64,000 nt of DNA from Candidatus Omnitrophota bacterium (GTDB lineage Bacteria > Omnitrophota > Gorgyraeia > Gygaellales > Profunditerraquicolaceae). This document shows positions 47,249 through 56,293 of the stretch, in pieces. Each line of letters starts with the position of its first letter. The stretch's first letter is position 1. The notes below the pieces were generated by a model that was not told the DNA's origin, did not search any database, and saw only the letters and a program-made list of their open reading frames with translations. The position numbers were made by a program, and so were the translations under genes. Where the stretch lies: the NCBI GenBank assembly GCA_043808425.1, contig JAZDEW010000064.1:11772-75771 (forward strand), in the 5' to 3' direction.

Positions 47249-48301
47249 TTAAGGCAATATCCTCTTTTGAGATTCGGTATTTTTTAAAAGTTTTTTTACT
47301 TCACGATCAAAATCAGAAACAAAAAGTTTGTCTTGAACCGGTTTGTATTTCTCGAATTCGCTTTCCGCGAAAGATTTAGCTATTTCTGCCGTTACTTTTC
47401 CCGCGTTTTCCAAAATTTTCGCATCGTTAAATTTCAGAAAAGCGTTTAATTTTCCTGACCAGTCCCGCATTGTCATGGGTATCCCTTTTTCCGCTTGGTA
47501 TTCGGCATAATCAAGATACATAGTTACAATTCTGTTTAAAAATTTTATTTCTTTTTCATTAAGATAATTTTTGGCAATTACCACATCGGATTTTAGAATT
47601 TTCCCGTCCGCTGATTTTTTCCAAGTAGTAAGCCCCATATAGTCTTTAGTGTGATTGGCGCGATTGACAATAACTTCCGCCGCCGTGTGCCCATGCGTGG
47701 CAAAATGAAGTTTGTTTTGAACTGTGGCAAAAAAATCTTTGGTCGTTGGAGACCGTAAATCATAATCAATTGCAGTTACATAAATATCTGTAATTTGTTG
47801 ATAAAAATTTCTTTCACTCTCGCGAATATCGCGAATTTCAAGTATCAAATCTTTGAAATACTGCTTACTTAAATATGCTCCATTTTTTAATCTCACATCG
47901 TCAAGAACATATCCCCGAATAGCGTAATCTTTCAAAACTTGAGTAGCCCACCGTCTAAAATCTACTGCCTTTGAGGAATTAATTCTGTATCCAAGAGCGA
48001 TAATAATTTCTAAATTATAATAGTCAACCGCTCTTTTTATCTGCCTATCTCCTTCTTTTTGAACTGTTTCCAAAATGGAAATAGTTGCTTTTTTTGACAA
48101 TTCTCCTTCATCGTAAATATTTTTTAAATGTTTGGAAATAGCCGGAATATTCACGTCAAAAAGTTTTGCGATAAGTTTTTGAGTAAGCCAAATATTTTCA
48201 TCGTAAATTCTCACTTCAATGCCATTCTCTTCGGCTTGAGATGTGAAAATAAGAAATTCCGCGGTAGAATTACGAATTATAAGTTTTTTATCTTTTGCCA
48301 T
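47249..48301 (-). CDS. RhuM-family protein
   Basis: WLTQKLIAKLF, HLKNIY, YYNLE.II..GYRINS, FR.WAT, VQNKLH, AKNYL. Confidence 0.9.
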   Translation of the reverse strand: MAKDKKLIIRNSTAEFLIFTSQAEENGIEVRIYDENIWLTQKLIAKLFDVNIPAISKHLKNIYDEGELSKKATISILETVQKEGDRQIKRAVDYYNLEIIIALGYRINSSKAVDFRRWATQVLKDYAIRGYVLDDVRLKNGAYLSKQYFKDLILEIRDIRESERNFYQQITDIYVTAIDYDLRSPTTKDFFATVQNKLHFATHGHTAAEVIVNRANHTKDYMGLTTWKKSADGKILKSDVVIAKNYLNEKEIKFLNRIVTMYLDYAEYQAEKGIPMTMRDWSGKLNAFLKFNDAKILENAGKVTAEIAKSFAESEFEKYKPVQDKLFVSDFDREVKKLLKNTESQKRILP

Positions 48302-48309
48302 AATTATAT

Positions 48310-50316
48310 CTAACGGGGTAAATAAAATTCTTCGCTTAAAGCGATATCTGCTTTGGAAAGATTATATTTTTTATCCGCTCGCTCGCTAAAATTCACATAC
48401 ATTTGGTTCAGATCCAACATTTCCACAAAAAGTTTTTTCTGTTTGTCCAAACCCAGCTTTTTAAATTCTTCCTCTTTAACGCTTTCTTGGAATTTTTTAA
48501 TTTCAACATTGTAATTGATAAAATATCGTTCATAAAGCTCATCAAATAATTTTTCCAATTCGCTTAAATTCTTGGCTTTCAAAATTCTCTCTTTGGCTTC
48601 TTCGTTCCATTTGGCAATTTCAAGATATACAAAATCCCCAGCCTTATTGTTTTCAATAACTTTTTTAACCCGTTCTTTTGTCACTGTATCAACATAGTGC
48701 ATTTGCTCGCACAAAATAAACTGCCGGTTTCCGCCATCTTCTTTGTTTAATTCTAAAACCGCGTGAGCGGTGGTTCCGCTTCCAGCAAAAAAATCAAGAA
48801 CAATATCTTCTTTACCTCGCTCTGTAACAATATCAATAGTATCTTTAACTGTATAAAGGGATTTAGGATAACTAAATAATTTATCTCCCGAAAAAATATT
48901 TTTCAATAGCATCGTACCATTTGCTGAAGCATCATATTTTGAATCAATCCATATCGTTTTTGGCTTTCTGCCATCCTTAATTCTATCCTTCATATAAATA
49001 ACACATTTTCCAGTAGTTTTTTTACAAACCATATCACCTCTTTTAACAGCTTCTAAAAAAGATGGCCGTGTTTGTCTCCAAACTCGTTTTTTCCCAAGCT
49101 TATCAATTGGAAATATTTCAATGTATCCCGATTTTTTATCAAGAGCAAAAATATTATTTTTTTCATCAAAATATATTGGATAGTATGAATTCGGCCTTTC
49201 TTCTGGAGTAGAAGTTCCGCCACTTCGCCTAAACGGCAAAAGACGATAGTCCCCTGAATTATCTTTTTTATCAAAATCTAATTCTTGCTCTTTTGTTAAT
49301 TTAAGAAAATTCAACGAAACCTGATCAATATCTTTCGCATAAAACATTGCGTACTCGTGTGAAGTCGCAAAATGCGTATTTGTAGTTCTGCCCCGTGGAT
49401 TACTTTGCACAATAACCGTACCAACAAAATTTTCTCTTCCAAATACTTCGTCGCTTAAAATTTTCAAATGAGCTTGCTCAGAATCATCAATGGTAACAAC
49501 AATTACTCCCTCGTCGCTCAATAATGTTTTTGCTATGTCCAATCGATTCTTAATAAAAGTCAGCCAAGAAGAGTGGTTAAAACTGTTATTATAGACAAAG
49601 GTATTATTTTCTCCTTCTGTATTATACGGCGGATCAATATAAATCAATTTTACTTTTCCAGCAAATTGCTCTTTTAAACAATGCAAGACAAGCAAATTAT
49701 TGCCCTTGATAATCAAATTATCCTTAATCACGCCATTTTCATCGCGGCGAAAACCGAGATTGCCGCGGTCGCTATCGCTCCCTCGCAATGACAGCATAGA
49801 ATGCTCGCCGTCTCTGTCTATTCGTTTAAAATTAGTAAATGCTTTGGGATCAAAAAGCCGGTCAATTTCATCTTTGGCTAAAACTTCATTAAAGAATACC
49901 TCGTTTCTTTTTTGATCTTCTTTGGTCATGCCGCCTTCCAACACACAATCCTTGAAAGGCCAATCCAAAACAACCTCTTCACGCTCGGAAAGAAGTTTAT
50001 TGCCAACGCGTAAACCGATTTTATTTTGATATTGAGTATACGAATTATCCAGCTTATTTTCATCAATAAAAAATTTCAAATCATTATGTTTTAAAACAAA
50101 AACATCTTTAATCCTGATAAAAAACTTTTCTTTTATTTCTTTATCGCTAAGTAACAATTCAATAATTTTCTCATCCAGCTTATCAATCAAATCTTTCAAA
50201 AGAGTCTCGTTGATCTCTTTTTTTTCTTCATCCCAAAGCCGAGCGTCTTTTTTAAGTATTTTATACAGATTGTCTTTAAATTTGTTTCCCATAGTAAAAT
50301 TTTCCCTTTTTTCCAT
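48310..50316 (-). CDS. mod: Type III R-M methyltransferase subunit Mod (beta class)
   Basis: IYIDPPYN followed by a TRD and then DFFAGSGTT. Confidence 0.93.
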   Translation of the reverse strand: MEKRENFTMGNKFKDNLYKILKKDARLWDEEKKEINETLLKDLIDKLDEKIIELLLSDKEIKEKFFIRIKDVFVLKHNDLKFFIDENKLDNSYTQYQNKIGLRVGNKLLSEREEVVLDWPFKDCVLEGGMTKEDQKRNEVFFNEVLAKDEIDRLFDPKAFTNFKRIDRDGEHSMLSLRGSDSDRGNLGFRRDENGVIKDNLIIKGNNLLVLHCLKEQFAGKVKLIYIDPPYNTEGENNTFVYNNSFNHSSWLTFIKNRLDIAKTLLSDEGVIVVTIDDSEQAHLKILSDEVFGRENFVGTVIVQSNPRGRTTNTHFATSHEYAMFYAKDIDQVSLNFLKLTKEQELDFDKKDNSGDYRLLPFRRSGGTSTPEERPNSYYPIYFDEKNNIFALDKKSGYIEIFPIDKLGKKRVWRQTRPSFLEAVKRGDMVCKKTTGKCVIYMKDRIKDGRKPKTIWIDSKYDASANGTMLLKNIFSGDKLFSYPKSLYTVKDTIDIVTERGKEDIVLDFFAGSGTTAHAVLELNKEDGGNRQFILCEQMHYVDTVTKERVKKVIENNKAGDFVYLEIAKWNEEAKERILKAKNLSELEKLFDELYERYFINYNVEIKKFQESVKEEEFKKLGLDKQKKLFVEMLDLNQMYVNFSERADKKYNLSKADIALSEEFYLPR
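49756..49792 (-). repeat. GTCAT-type REP palindrome in-frame within mod
   Basis: Minus strand GTCATTGCGAGGGAGCGATAGCGACCGCGGCAATCTC, a GC-rich patch in an AT-rich gene; translates as part of LSLRGSDSDRGNL. Confidence 0.8.
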
Positions 50317-50325
50317 AATATAATT

Positions 50326-51162
50326 TTATTTCAATTTTTTAGTTTTTAATTTTGGCAAAAAGTTTTCGCCTGTAATCACGCTTTTTCCAGTTTTTTCTTC
50401 CAAAGCCGTTCTCGCGTCTTTAGCAATTTTACCGCCTTTCTTCGCGGGAATCTTGTTAGCCTCCAAACCTTTTGTTTCCATAGTTTCCGCGATTTGGCGA
50501 GTGGAAAGTTCCGCCAAGGCCGTAAAAACCAATTCCGCGTCAGACATATGATCCCGTAAATTTTGCGTCTTTAACTTCTTTAAATTTTTATGTTCTCTAA
50601 CCGACAAATCACTCCATTCTTGGTGGATAATATTTGTCAAAATAGCGTATTCGTCTTTTTCTTCAACTTCGTTGTCTTTCCAGTAATCCGTCAGCTTATT
50701 CCTAACTTCCTGCCCCATCATTCTTTGCTGAATCCATTTTTGGCTTCGGCCCATTTTTTGCCAATAATCACGGCTGCGATTAAGTGCTTTTTCAGGATCA
50801 CTTATTTCTTTTATTCTTTCATAACCAACTTTTGCAAGCCAAAGCTTTATCGGCTCGGCTTTTTTACTCGGAACCGATTGAATAATTCTAAATAGATGCT
50901 CAGGATTTCCGGCTAAAGTTTTTCTGTTTTTCCCTGTTTCCGTGCCCATTTCTATCTGGGGACAATTTGTCCCTATGTAGCGGCCAAGTTCAGAATCCCT
51001 TTTTCTTAATTTTTTCAAGTAATCCGTGGGATTGACGCTTCCAGTAAGCGCAAAAATAATATCCACCACGGAAAAATACCATGATCCTTTTTGTTCATCA
51101 TAGAAACGCCGGATTTTATAGGTTTCAAAAATTGCCAATGAATTTTGATTATTTTTCTTCAT
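50326..51162 (-). CDS. Bro-N domain DNA-binding protein
   Basis: WYFSVVD, RIIQSVPSKKAEP.K.WLA, NLRDHM..ELVF..LAE. Confidence 0.88.
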   Translation of the reverse strand: MKKNNQNSLAIFETYKIRRFYDEQKGSWYFSVVDIIFALTGSVNPTDYLKKLRKRDSELGRYIGTNCPQIEMGTETGKNRKTLAGNPEHLFRIIQSVPSKKAEPIKLWLAKVGYERIKEISDPEKALNRSRDYWQKMGRSQKWIQQRMMGQEVRNKLTDYWKDNEVEEKDEYAILTNIIHQEWSDLSVREHKNLKKLKTQNLRDHMSDAELVFTALAELSTRQIAETMETKGLEANKIPAKKGGKIAKDARTALEEKTGKSVITGENFLPKLKTKKLK

Positions 51163-51170
51163 ATTTTAAT

Positions 51171-51854
51171 TTAAATTAACCCTTTATCCTTAAAACTTAA
51201 AAACCCATTTGCCGTAACAATGATATGATCAATAATTTCAATCCCCATAATTTTACCAACCTCAACTAATCTTTTGGTAATCGTCAAATCGTCTTCCGAC
51301 GGTTTGGGGTCGCCCGAGGGATGATTGTGAACAAATATCACGGATGCCGCCTTATTTTTGATGGCTTCGGCGAATACTTCGCGCGGATGGACAATGCTGG
51401 CGTTAAGGCTGCCCACGGAAACCTCTGCCACTGAGTGATTTCTACTATTAAGAGCGATAATATAAAAATGTTCTTTTTGATAATCTTTGAGTCTGCTTTT
51501 TATCAACTGATAGACCTTTAGGGGATCGGTAAGTTCTTTACTCTTATATGGCGGGGCCTGAGTAGAAACGCGGCGTCCAATTTCAAAAACGGCTTTTATT
51601 TGTGACGCTTTTGCTAATCCAATTCCTCTAACTGAAGACAGCTCCTCAATACTTGCTTCGGCTAATTTCTGTAAACTGCCAAATTGCGATAGTAGTTTTT
51701 GCGCCGTGACTACCACCGATTCACCAGCAATACCGCGCCCTAAAATAACCTGTAATAACTCCTGAGCCGAAAGCGCCTGTTCACCAAACTTTACCAATCG
51801 CTCGCGTGGACGTTCATCGGCTGGTAGATCATGAATAGTAAACGATTTGCTCAT
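51171..51854 (-). CDS. radC: RadC-family JAB-domain protein
   Basis: ERPRERL, HhH GIG.AKA, VHPREVF, HNHPSGD..PS..D, DHII. Confidence 0.95.
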   Translation of the reverse strand: MSKSFTIHDLPADERPRERLVKFGEQALSAQELLQVILGRGIAGESVVVTAQKLLSQFGSLQKLAEASIEELSSVRGIGLAKASQIKAVFEIGRRVSTQAPPYKSKELTDPLKVYQLIKSRLKDYQKEHFYIIALNSRNHSVAEVSVGSLNASIVHPREVFAEAIKNKAASVIFVHNHPSGDPKPSEDDLTITKRLVEVGKIMGIEIIDHIIVTANGFLSFKDKGLI

Positions 51855-51908
51855 ATTTAATCAAACCATTAACGCTAACTTATAACGTTTTGGCGATTTT
51901 TGTTAGAT

Positions 51909-51986
51909 TGGTCGGGGAGAGCGGATTTGAACCGCTGACCTCTTGCTCCCGAAGCAAGCGCTCTAGCCAAGCTGAGCCACTCCCCG
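51909..51986 (-). tRNA. tRNA-Pro (anticodon CGG)
   Basis: CGGGGAG acceptor stem, CTTGC-TTCGGGA-GCAAG anticodon arm, GGTTCAAATCC T arm, encoded CCA. Confidence 0.97.
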
Positions 51987-52001
51987 TTAATCTATTTAAA
52001 A

Positions 52002-52676
52002 CTAAAAATTATTATCTTCGTAAATAGCTTTTAACCAACCAATAATCTTTTTATATACTTTTATATCACATAAAATCACGTGAGCTGTACCGTATTTTGA
52101 ACGCCTAAGATGCCGGCAAGGTTCGTCTTTGTAGCTTCTTTTTATAAAAGGCTTACAGAACTGATCCGCAACAATACCCAGCCCCCCTGACCAAAACTTC
52201 TTTGCCTCTTCCGGGCATATATCTTCATATAACATCAACCTCACTTTAATCTTTTTCTTGGGAACCAAACATACCTTTATTAGAAAATTTATAAATATAC
52301 GCAATATCTCAGGGTTGGAATTGGCAATCTCGACTCTCTGCCCTGAAACATTCGAAGATTTGAATCCTTCACCCGCATACAGCATAAGCCCGGCAATCCA
52401 CAAATCCCTGTTAGATAATGGAATGATTTCTTCTCTACACTTAGCATTAATCTCATCATTACGCCTAGCAATATTAGAAAGCCTTGTCTTGCGGCTTTGC
52501 TCTCTGCCTAAACGACGCTGATCATTAATATTAAAGAATACCTCTCTAGGCACTGTTACATTTCGAACCCAAGCGCTTACTGACCCCTTAGAAACTTCTA
52601 GCCTCTGGGCGATTTGCTTCAGCGACAAACCATTAAGGCGCAAACCCTGAGCTTTTTCTTTTTCTAATAATTTCAT
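52002..52676 (-). CDS. Hypothetical protein: N-terminal HTH plus LAGLIDADG-like domain
   Basis: GLSLKQIAQRLEVSKGSVSAW HTH; IAGLMLYAGEG helix followed by ANSNP.IL..F and FW motifs. Confidence 0.75.
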   Translation of the reverse strand: MKLLEKEKAQGLRLNGLSLKQIAQRLEVSKGSVSAWVRNVTVPREVFFNINDQRRLGREQSRKTRLSNIARRNDEINAKCREEIIPLSNRDLWIAGLMLYAGEGFKSSNVSGQRVEIANSNPEILRIFINFLIKVCLVPKKKIKVRLMLYEDICPEEAKKFWSGGLGIVADQFCKPFIKRSYKDEPCRHLRRSKYGTAHVILCDIKVYKKIIGWLKAIYEDNNF

Positions 52677-52723
52677 GAAATCAGTATAGCAAAAATTCAG
52701 AGTTTACGCAATAACAGAAAAGA

Positions 52724-53314
52724 CTAAGCGGCAGTTTTTTTAGCGAGAATATCAAATTCAACGTTCAATTTATCCGAGGGGCCCTTAAAATTTAAAGTTG
52801 TATTCTTAAGGGTCTGGGGAATGATACAAACCTTAAAAGTATTACCGCGAATCAACGCTAAAGTTAAACTTATTCCGTCAAGAGACACTGACCCCTTAGG
52901 CAGACAGTAGCGCATAAAAGCAGACGGAACAGAAATCTCAAACTCAACACTCCCATTACGCAGGATTTTCCTGCGCACCAAACCCAGACAATCAATATGC
53001 CCGCTCACAAAATGCCCGCTGACTCTATCTGCCACCTTCAAGCTGCGCTCAAGATTGACGGCTTGTCCGATTTTTAATAATCCCAGGTTAGTATTTTTAC
53101 GAGTGGTATCCATAACCTCAAAACTCACCCAACTCCTGCGCGCAGGGGCGGGGTCAATTTTTGCTACCGTCAGGCAAGCCCCGTTAACCGCGATACTCTG
53201 GCCAATCTTAGTATCAATTAATGTTTCCTTAGCGCTGATTTCTAGCAGGACTATACCTGAACGCTGCGTTATTTTTTTTACCCGGCCTAATTCTTCAACA
53301 ATACCCGTAAACAT
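52724..53314 (-). CDS. ribE: Riboflavin synthase
   Basis: MFTGIV, SIAVNGACLTV, VNLER, GHFVSGHID, NVEFD. Confidence 0.97.
   Translation of the reverse strand: MFTGIVEELGRVKKITQRSGIVLLEISAKETLIDTKIGQSIAVNGACLTVAKIDPAPARRSWVSFEVMDTTRKNTNLGLLKIGQAVNLERSLKVADRVSGHFVSGHIDCLGLVRRKILRNGSVEFEISVPSAFMRYCLPKGSVSLDGISLTLALIRGNTFKVCIIPQTLKNTTLNFKGPSDKLNVEFDILAKKTAA
53127..53154. repeat. Mini hairpin in-frame within ribE
   Basis: ACCCAACTCCTG-CGCG-CAGGGGCGGGGT; encodes DPAPARRSWV; arm resembles the ACCCCGCACCT family. Confidence 0.65.
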
Positions 53315-54412
53315 TTACCTTAGTACCCTTGCCGCCACTAAAAGTTCTTCGCCAAAACGCCTAATCTTTAAATCGGACAATTTTATCGCCTGATCTATAC
53401 GCTTAACCCCCTTGCCCATCACCGAAGAAACAGCGTCTTTGCCACCGATAATCTTAGGGCTGATAAAAAATAAAATCTTATCCACTAATCTTTCATCGAA
53501 TAACGAACCGATGAGAGTCCCTCCTCCTTCGACGATAATACTGCTTATTTGTAATTGCGCCAATTTCTTTAAGGCATCCGTTAAATTAATCTGGCCGCCT
53601 TTTTCCTTAACCTCCAGGATCCTGGCTTTAGCCGCTAAATTTTTGCGGTTCTCCGTTTCCTGGCCAGGCCGGCTAGGCAAAGTAATAATAATTACCTGAC
53701 TATCCCCGGCAAAAATATTAGAATCAGCCGATATACTTAAATTACTATCCACAATTATCTTAATTAACTTTTTTTGAGAAAACCAGGCATTCAAACTAGG
53801 ATTATCACGCAAGACAGTATTTACCCCGACCATAATCGCATCATAATCCTTGCGTATGCTATGGGCAAACGCCCGCGACTTATCCGAAGTAATCCATTTA
53901 GAGTCACCGGTACGGGTAGCAATCCGGCCGTCTAAAGATTCGGCAACCTTAACGGTAATAAAAGGAATTCTAGTCGTGATATATTTAATAAAACTCTCAT
54001 TTATTTTTTCCAATTGATCGCTTAAAACCCCCACCCTGACTTTAATGTTGCTCTGTTTAAGCAGGCCGACACCTTTGCCGTTATTTAAAGGGTTAGGATC
54101 AATCATCCCGACCACCACTTCTTTTATACCGCTTCCAATTATACGATTAATACAAGGCGGAGTACGGCCAGTATGCGCGCAAGGCTCAAGAGTAACATAC
54201 AAAGTTGCACCGACTGCCAATTTAGCCGCTTCATCTAAAGCCATAATCTCCGCATGCGCAGACCCGGCCTGAGCATGAAAACCGCGGCCAATAATTTTAT
54301 TCGCTTTTACCACTAATGCGCCGACTAAAGGATTAGGAGAAGTTTTTCCTTTAGCTTTAAGCGCTAATTTTAAAGCCAACCCCATATAATATTCATCCAA
54401 CGGTTTAATCAT
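53315..54412 (-). CDS. ribD: Bifunctional pyrimidine deaminase/reductase RibD
   Basis: PNPLVG, HAE, TLEPC.H.GRTPPC, SLDG, VEGG. Confidence 0.97.
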   Translation of the reverse strand: MIKPLDEYYMGLALKLALKAKGKTSPNPLVGALVVKANKIIGRGFHAQAGSAHAEIMALDEAAKLAVGATLYVTLEPCAHTGRTPPCINRIIGSGIKEVVVGMIDPNPLNNGKGVGLLKQSNIKVRVGVLSDQLEKINESFIKYITTRIPFITVKVAESLDGRIATRTGDSKWITSDKSRAFAHSIRKDYDAIMVGVNTVLRDNPSLNAWFSQKKLIKIIVDSNLSISADSNIFAGDSQVIIITLPSRPGQETENRKNLAAKARILEVKEKGGQINLTDALKKLAQLQISSIIVEGGGTLIGSLFDERLVDKILFFISPKIIGGKDAVSSVMGKGVKRIDQAIKLSDLKIRRFGEELLVAARVLR

Positions 54413-55224
54413 TTTTTAGCCAGCCTTAATTTTTCCACTAATTCCAACGGTATTTTAATCATGCCTAATTTTATCTGAGGTTTTGCATGGCCATGGAAAT
54501 CTGTTCCTCCGGTAACCAAAAGATTAAGCTTCTTAACTAAATCCAGATAAAAATTAACCACCGCCTGGGAATGCTCAGGATAATGCACTTCAATACCCTC
54601 TAGCCCATAATCTGTAAATTCAGCAATCAAGGCGTCATTATGCAGCATATACGGGTGCGCTAAAACCGCTACCCCGCCGGCAGCATGAATTAATTTTATA
54701 GCCTCCGGCACAGAAAGACAAAAACCCGCAACATAAGCCGGAGATTTATCTCCGATATATTTACGGAATGCCTCAGAAGTAGAACCCACCAATCTTTCTT
54801 TAACTAATGCTTGGGCAATATGCATTCTACCCACCGTGCCCTGCCCAGAAATATTAAAAACAGTGCCCGGATTAAGCTTTAATCCCAGAGCCCCTAAATT
54901 CTCTACTATTTTATAAACCCGTTGAATACGATTAAGTTGTAATAATTTTAATTTTTCAAGCAGCTCTTTATTCTGATAGTCCAAAAAATACCCTAGAATA
55001 TGTATCTCCTGATTCTCATGCTGGGCAGTTAATTCAATGCCCGGAATAATCTCTAAATCCTTTCCCTGGGCTTGAGCAAATGCTTCAGCCAGGGCGTCGG
55101 TGGTATCATGATCCACAATCGCCAGCACAGAAATACCTCGCGCGATTGCTTCCTTAATCAATTGCGCGGATGTATATGTGCCATCACTGTGAGAGGTATG
55201 CACATGCAAATCAGCATATTTCAT
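54409..55224 (-). CDS. PHP-domain metal-dependent phosphoesterase (TrpH/YciV-like)
   Basis: DLHVHT..SDG, DHDT, PGIE, HILGY, GRMH, LAHP, GGTDFHG. Confidence 0.92.
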   Translation of the reverse strand: MKYADLHVHTSHSDGTYTSAQLIKEAIARGISVLAIVDHDTTDALAEAFAQAQGKDLEIIPGIELTAQHENQEIHILGYFLDYQNKELLEKLKLLQLNRIQRVYKIVENLGALGLKLNPGTVFNISGQGTVGRMHIAQALVKERLVGSTSEAFRKYIGDKSPAYVAGFCLSVPEAIKLIHAAGGVAVLAHPYMLHNDALIAEFTDYGLEGIEVHYPEHSQAVVNFYLDLVKKLNLLVTGGTDFHGHAKPQIKLGMIKIPLELVEKLRLAKK

Positions 55225-55300
55225 CAGGCACCTTCTAATTTATTCATTCTTTTTAGCCTTTTAGTTTTTAGTATTGAATACAAAGAAGGCGCGGGGTTCA
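55225..55300. mobile_element. MITE-like junction element (CCCGCACCTTCT family)
   Basis: GCACCTTCT...TTGAATACAAAGAAGGCGCGGGGTTCA. Confidence 0.72.
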
Positions 55301-55714
55301 TTTTTCTTTTTCAATTTTTATTTGATCCAGTATAGCATTAACAAACTTACCCGACTCTAAGCCGGAATATTTCTTAGCTAGCTCCACCGCTTCATTAATC
55401 GCCACTTTGGGGGGGATATCCACCCGAAACAAAAGCTCAAAACAGCCCAGGCGCATAATATTACGATCCACAAATGCCATACGTTCAAGCTGCCAATTCG
55501 TAGCATATTTGCTAATCATTTTATCAATCTCCGACAAATGATCAATCACTCCCCCTAGCAGCTCAGAAGAAAAATCTTTAAGCTCACCAGACATATCAAG
55601 CCGGTCATTGCTTGCAGAAAAATTTTCTAAAACTTCCTGCCAATTACCCTGAGTAATATCCACCTGGTAGAGCATTTGCAATACATATTCACGTGCTTTA
55701 GTCCGTTTACGCAT
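55298..55714 (-). CDS. nusB: Transcription antitermination factor NusB
   Basis: R..ARE..LQ.LY, DRNIMR, VAINEAVELAK, FVNAILD. Confidence 0.97.
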   Translation of the reverse strand: MRKRTKAREYVLQMLYQVDITQGNWQEVLENFSASNDRLDMSGELKDFSSELLGGVIDHLSEIDKMISKYATNWQLERMAFVDRNIMRLGCFELLFRVDIPPKVAINEAVELAKKYSGLESGKFVNAILDQIKIEKEK

Positions 55715-55789
55715 TTAATGATTTATTCCAACGTATGCGTAAAAATATTAAATAAAATTTTTACGCGTTTGTAAATCAGAATCAAGTTG

Positions 55790-56257
55790 TTATTTCAACT
55801 GTCCCGTTAAGTTAATCATCTCAATAGCCGAAAGAGCCGCATCTTTACCTTTGTTTCCATCTTTAGAACCTGCGCGTTCAACTGCCTGCTCAATACTATC
55901 CGCAGTAATTACGCCAAAAATAACCGGTAGGCCGCTATCCAAAGAAACCTTGGCAACCCCCTTGGCCACTTCAGCAGCAATATAATCAAAATGCGGAGTT
56001 GCTCCTCGAATAATCGTACCTAAGCAAATCAAGGCATCAAATGATTTAGCTTTGGCCATTCTCTGAGCAACTAAAGGAATCTCAAATGCCCCCGGAACCC
56101 AAACTACGGTAATATCTTTATCTTCTGCGCCGTGCCTAATCAAAGTATCGATACAGCCACTAACCAGCTCCTTGGTCATAAAATCATTAAATCGGGAAGC
56201 CACTAAGCCAAAACTCTGGCCCTTTACTAACAATTTACCTTCAATCACTTTCACCAT
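55790..56257 (-). CDS. ribH: 6,7-dimethyl-8-ribityllumazine synthase
   Basis: [32 protein letters not shown]. Confidence 0.98.
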   Translation of the reverse strand: MVKVIEGKLLVKGQSFGLVASRFNDFMTKELVSGCIDTLIRHGAEDKDITVVWVPGAFEIPLVAQRMAKAKSFDALICLGTIIRGATPHFDYIAAEVAKGVAKVSLDSGLPVIFGVITADSIEQAVERAGSKDGNKGKDAALSAIEMINLTGQLK

Positions 56258-56293
56258 ATTCCCTCCTCTAATGGATATCTACTTATTTAAACT

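Larger units (their letters stand above)
40015..51900. mobile_element. Accessory/defence island downstream of tRNA-Pro
   Basis: RadC, Bro-N, Mod, RhuM, Res, SNF2 and MNT cluster between core genes, abutting the tRNA 3' end. No integrase or att repeat seen, so boundaries are approximate. Confidence 0.65.

Noticed and set aside
48310-50316. Phase-variable simple sequence repeat in mod
   Set aside because: No tandem SSR tract seen, only short homopolymers expected in AT-rich DNA.
50326-51854. Prophage suggested by Bro-N and RadC
   Set aside because: No structural, packaging, lysis or integrase genes nearby.
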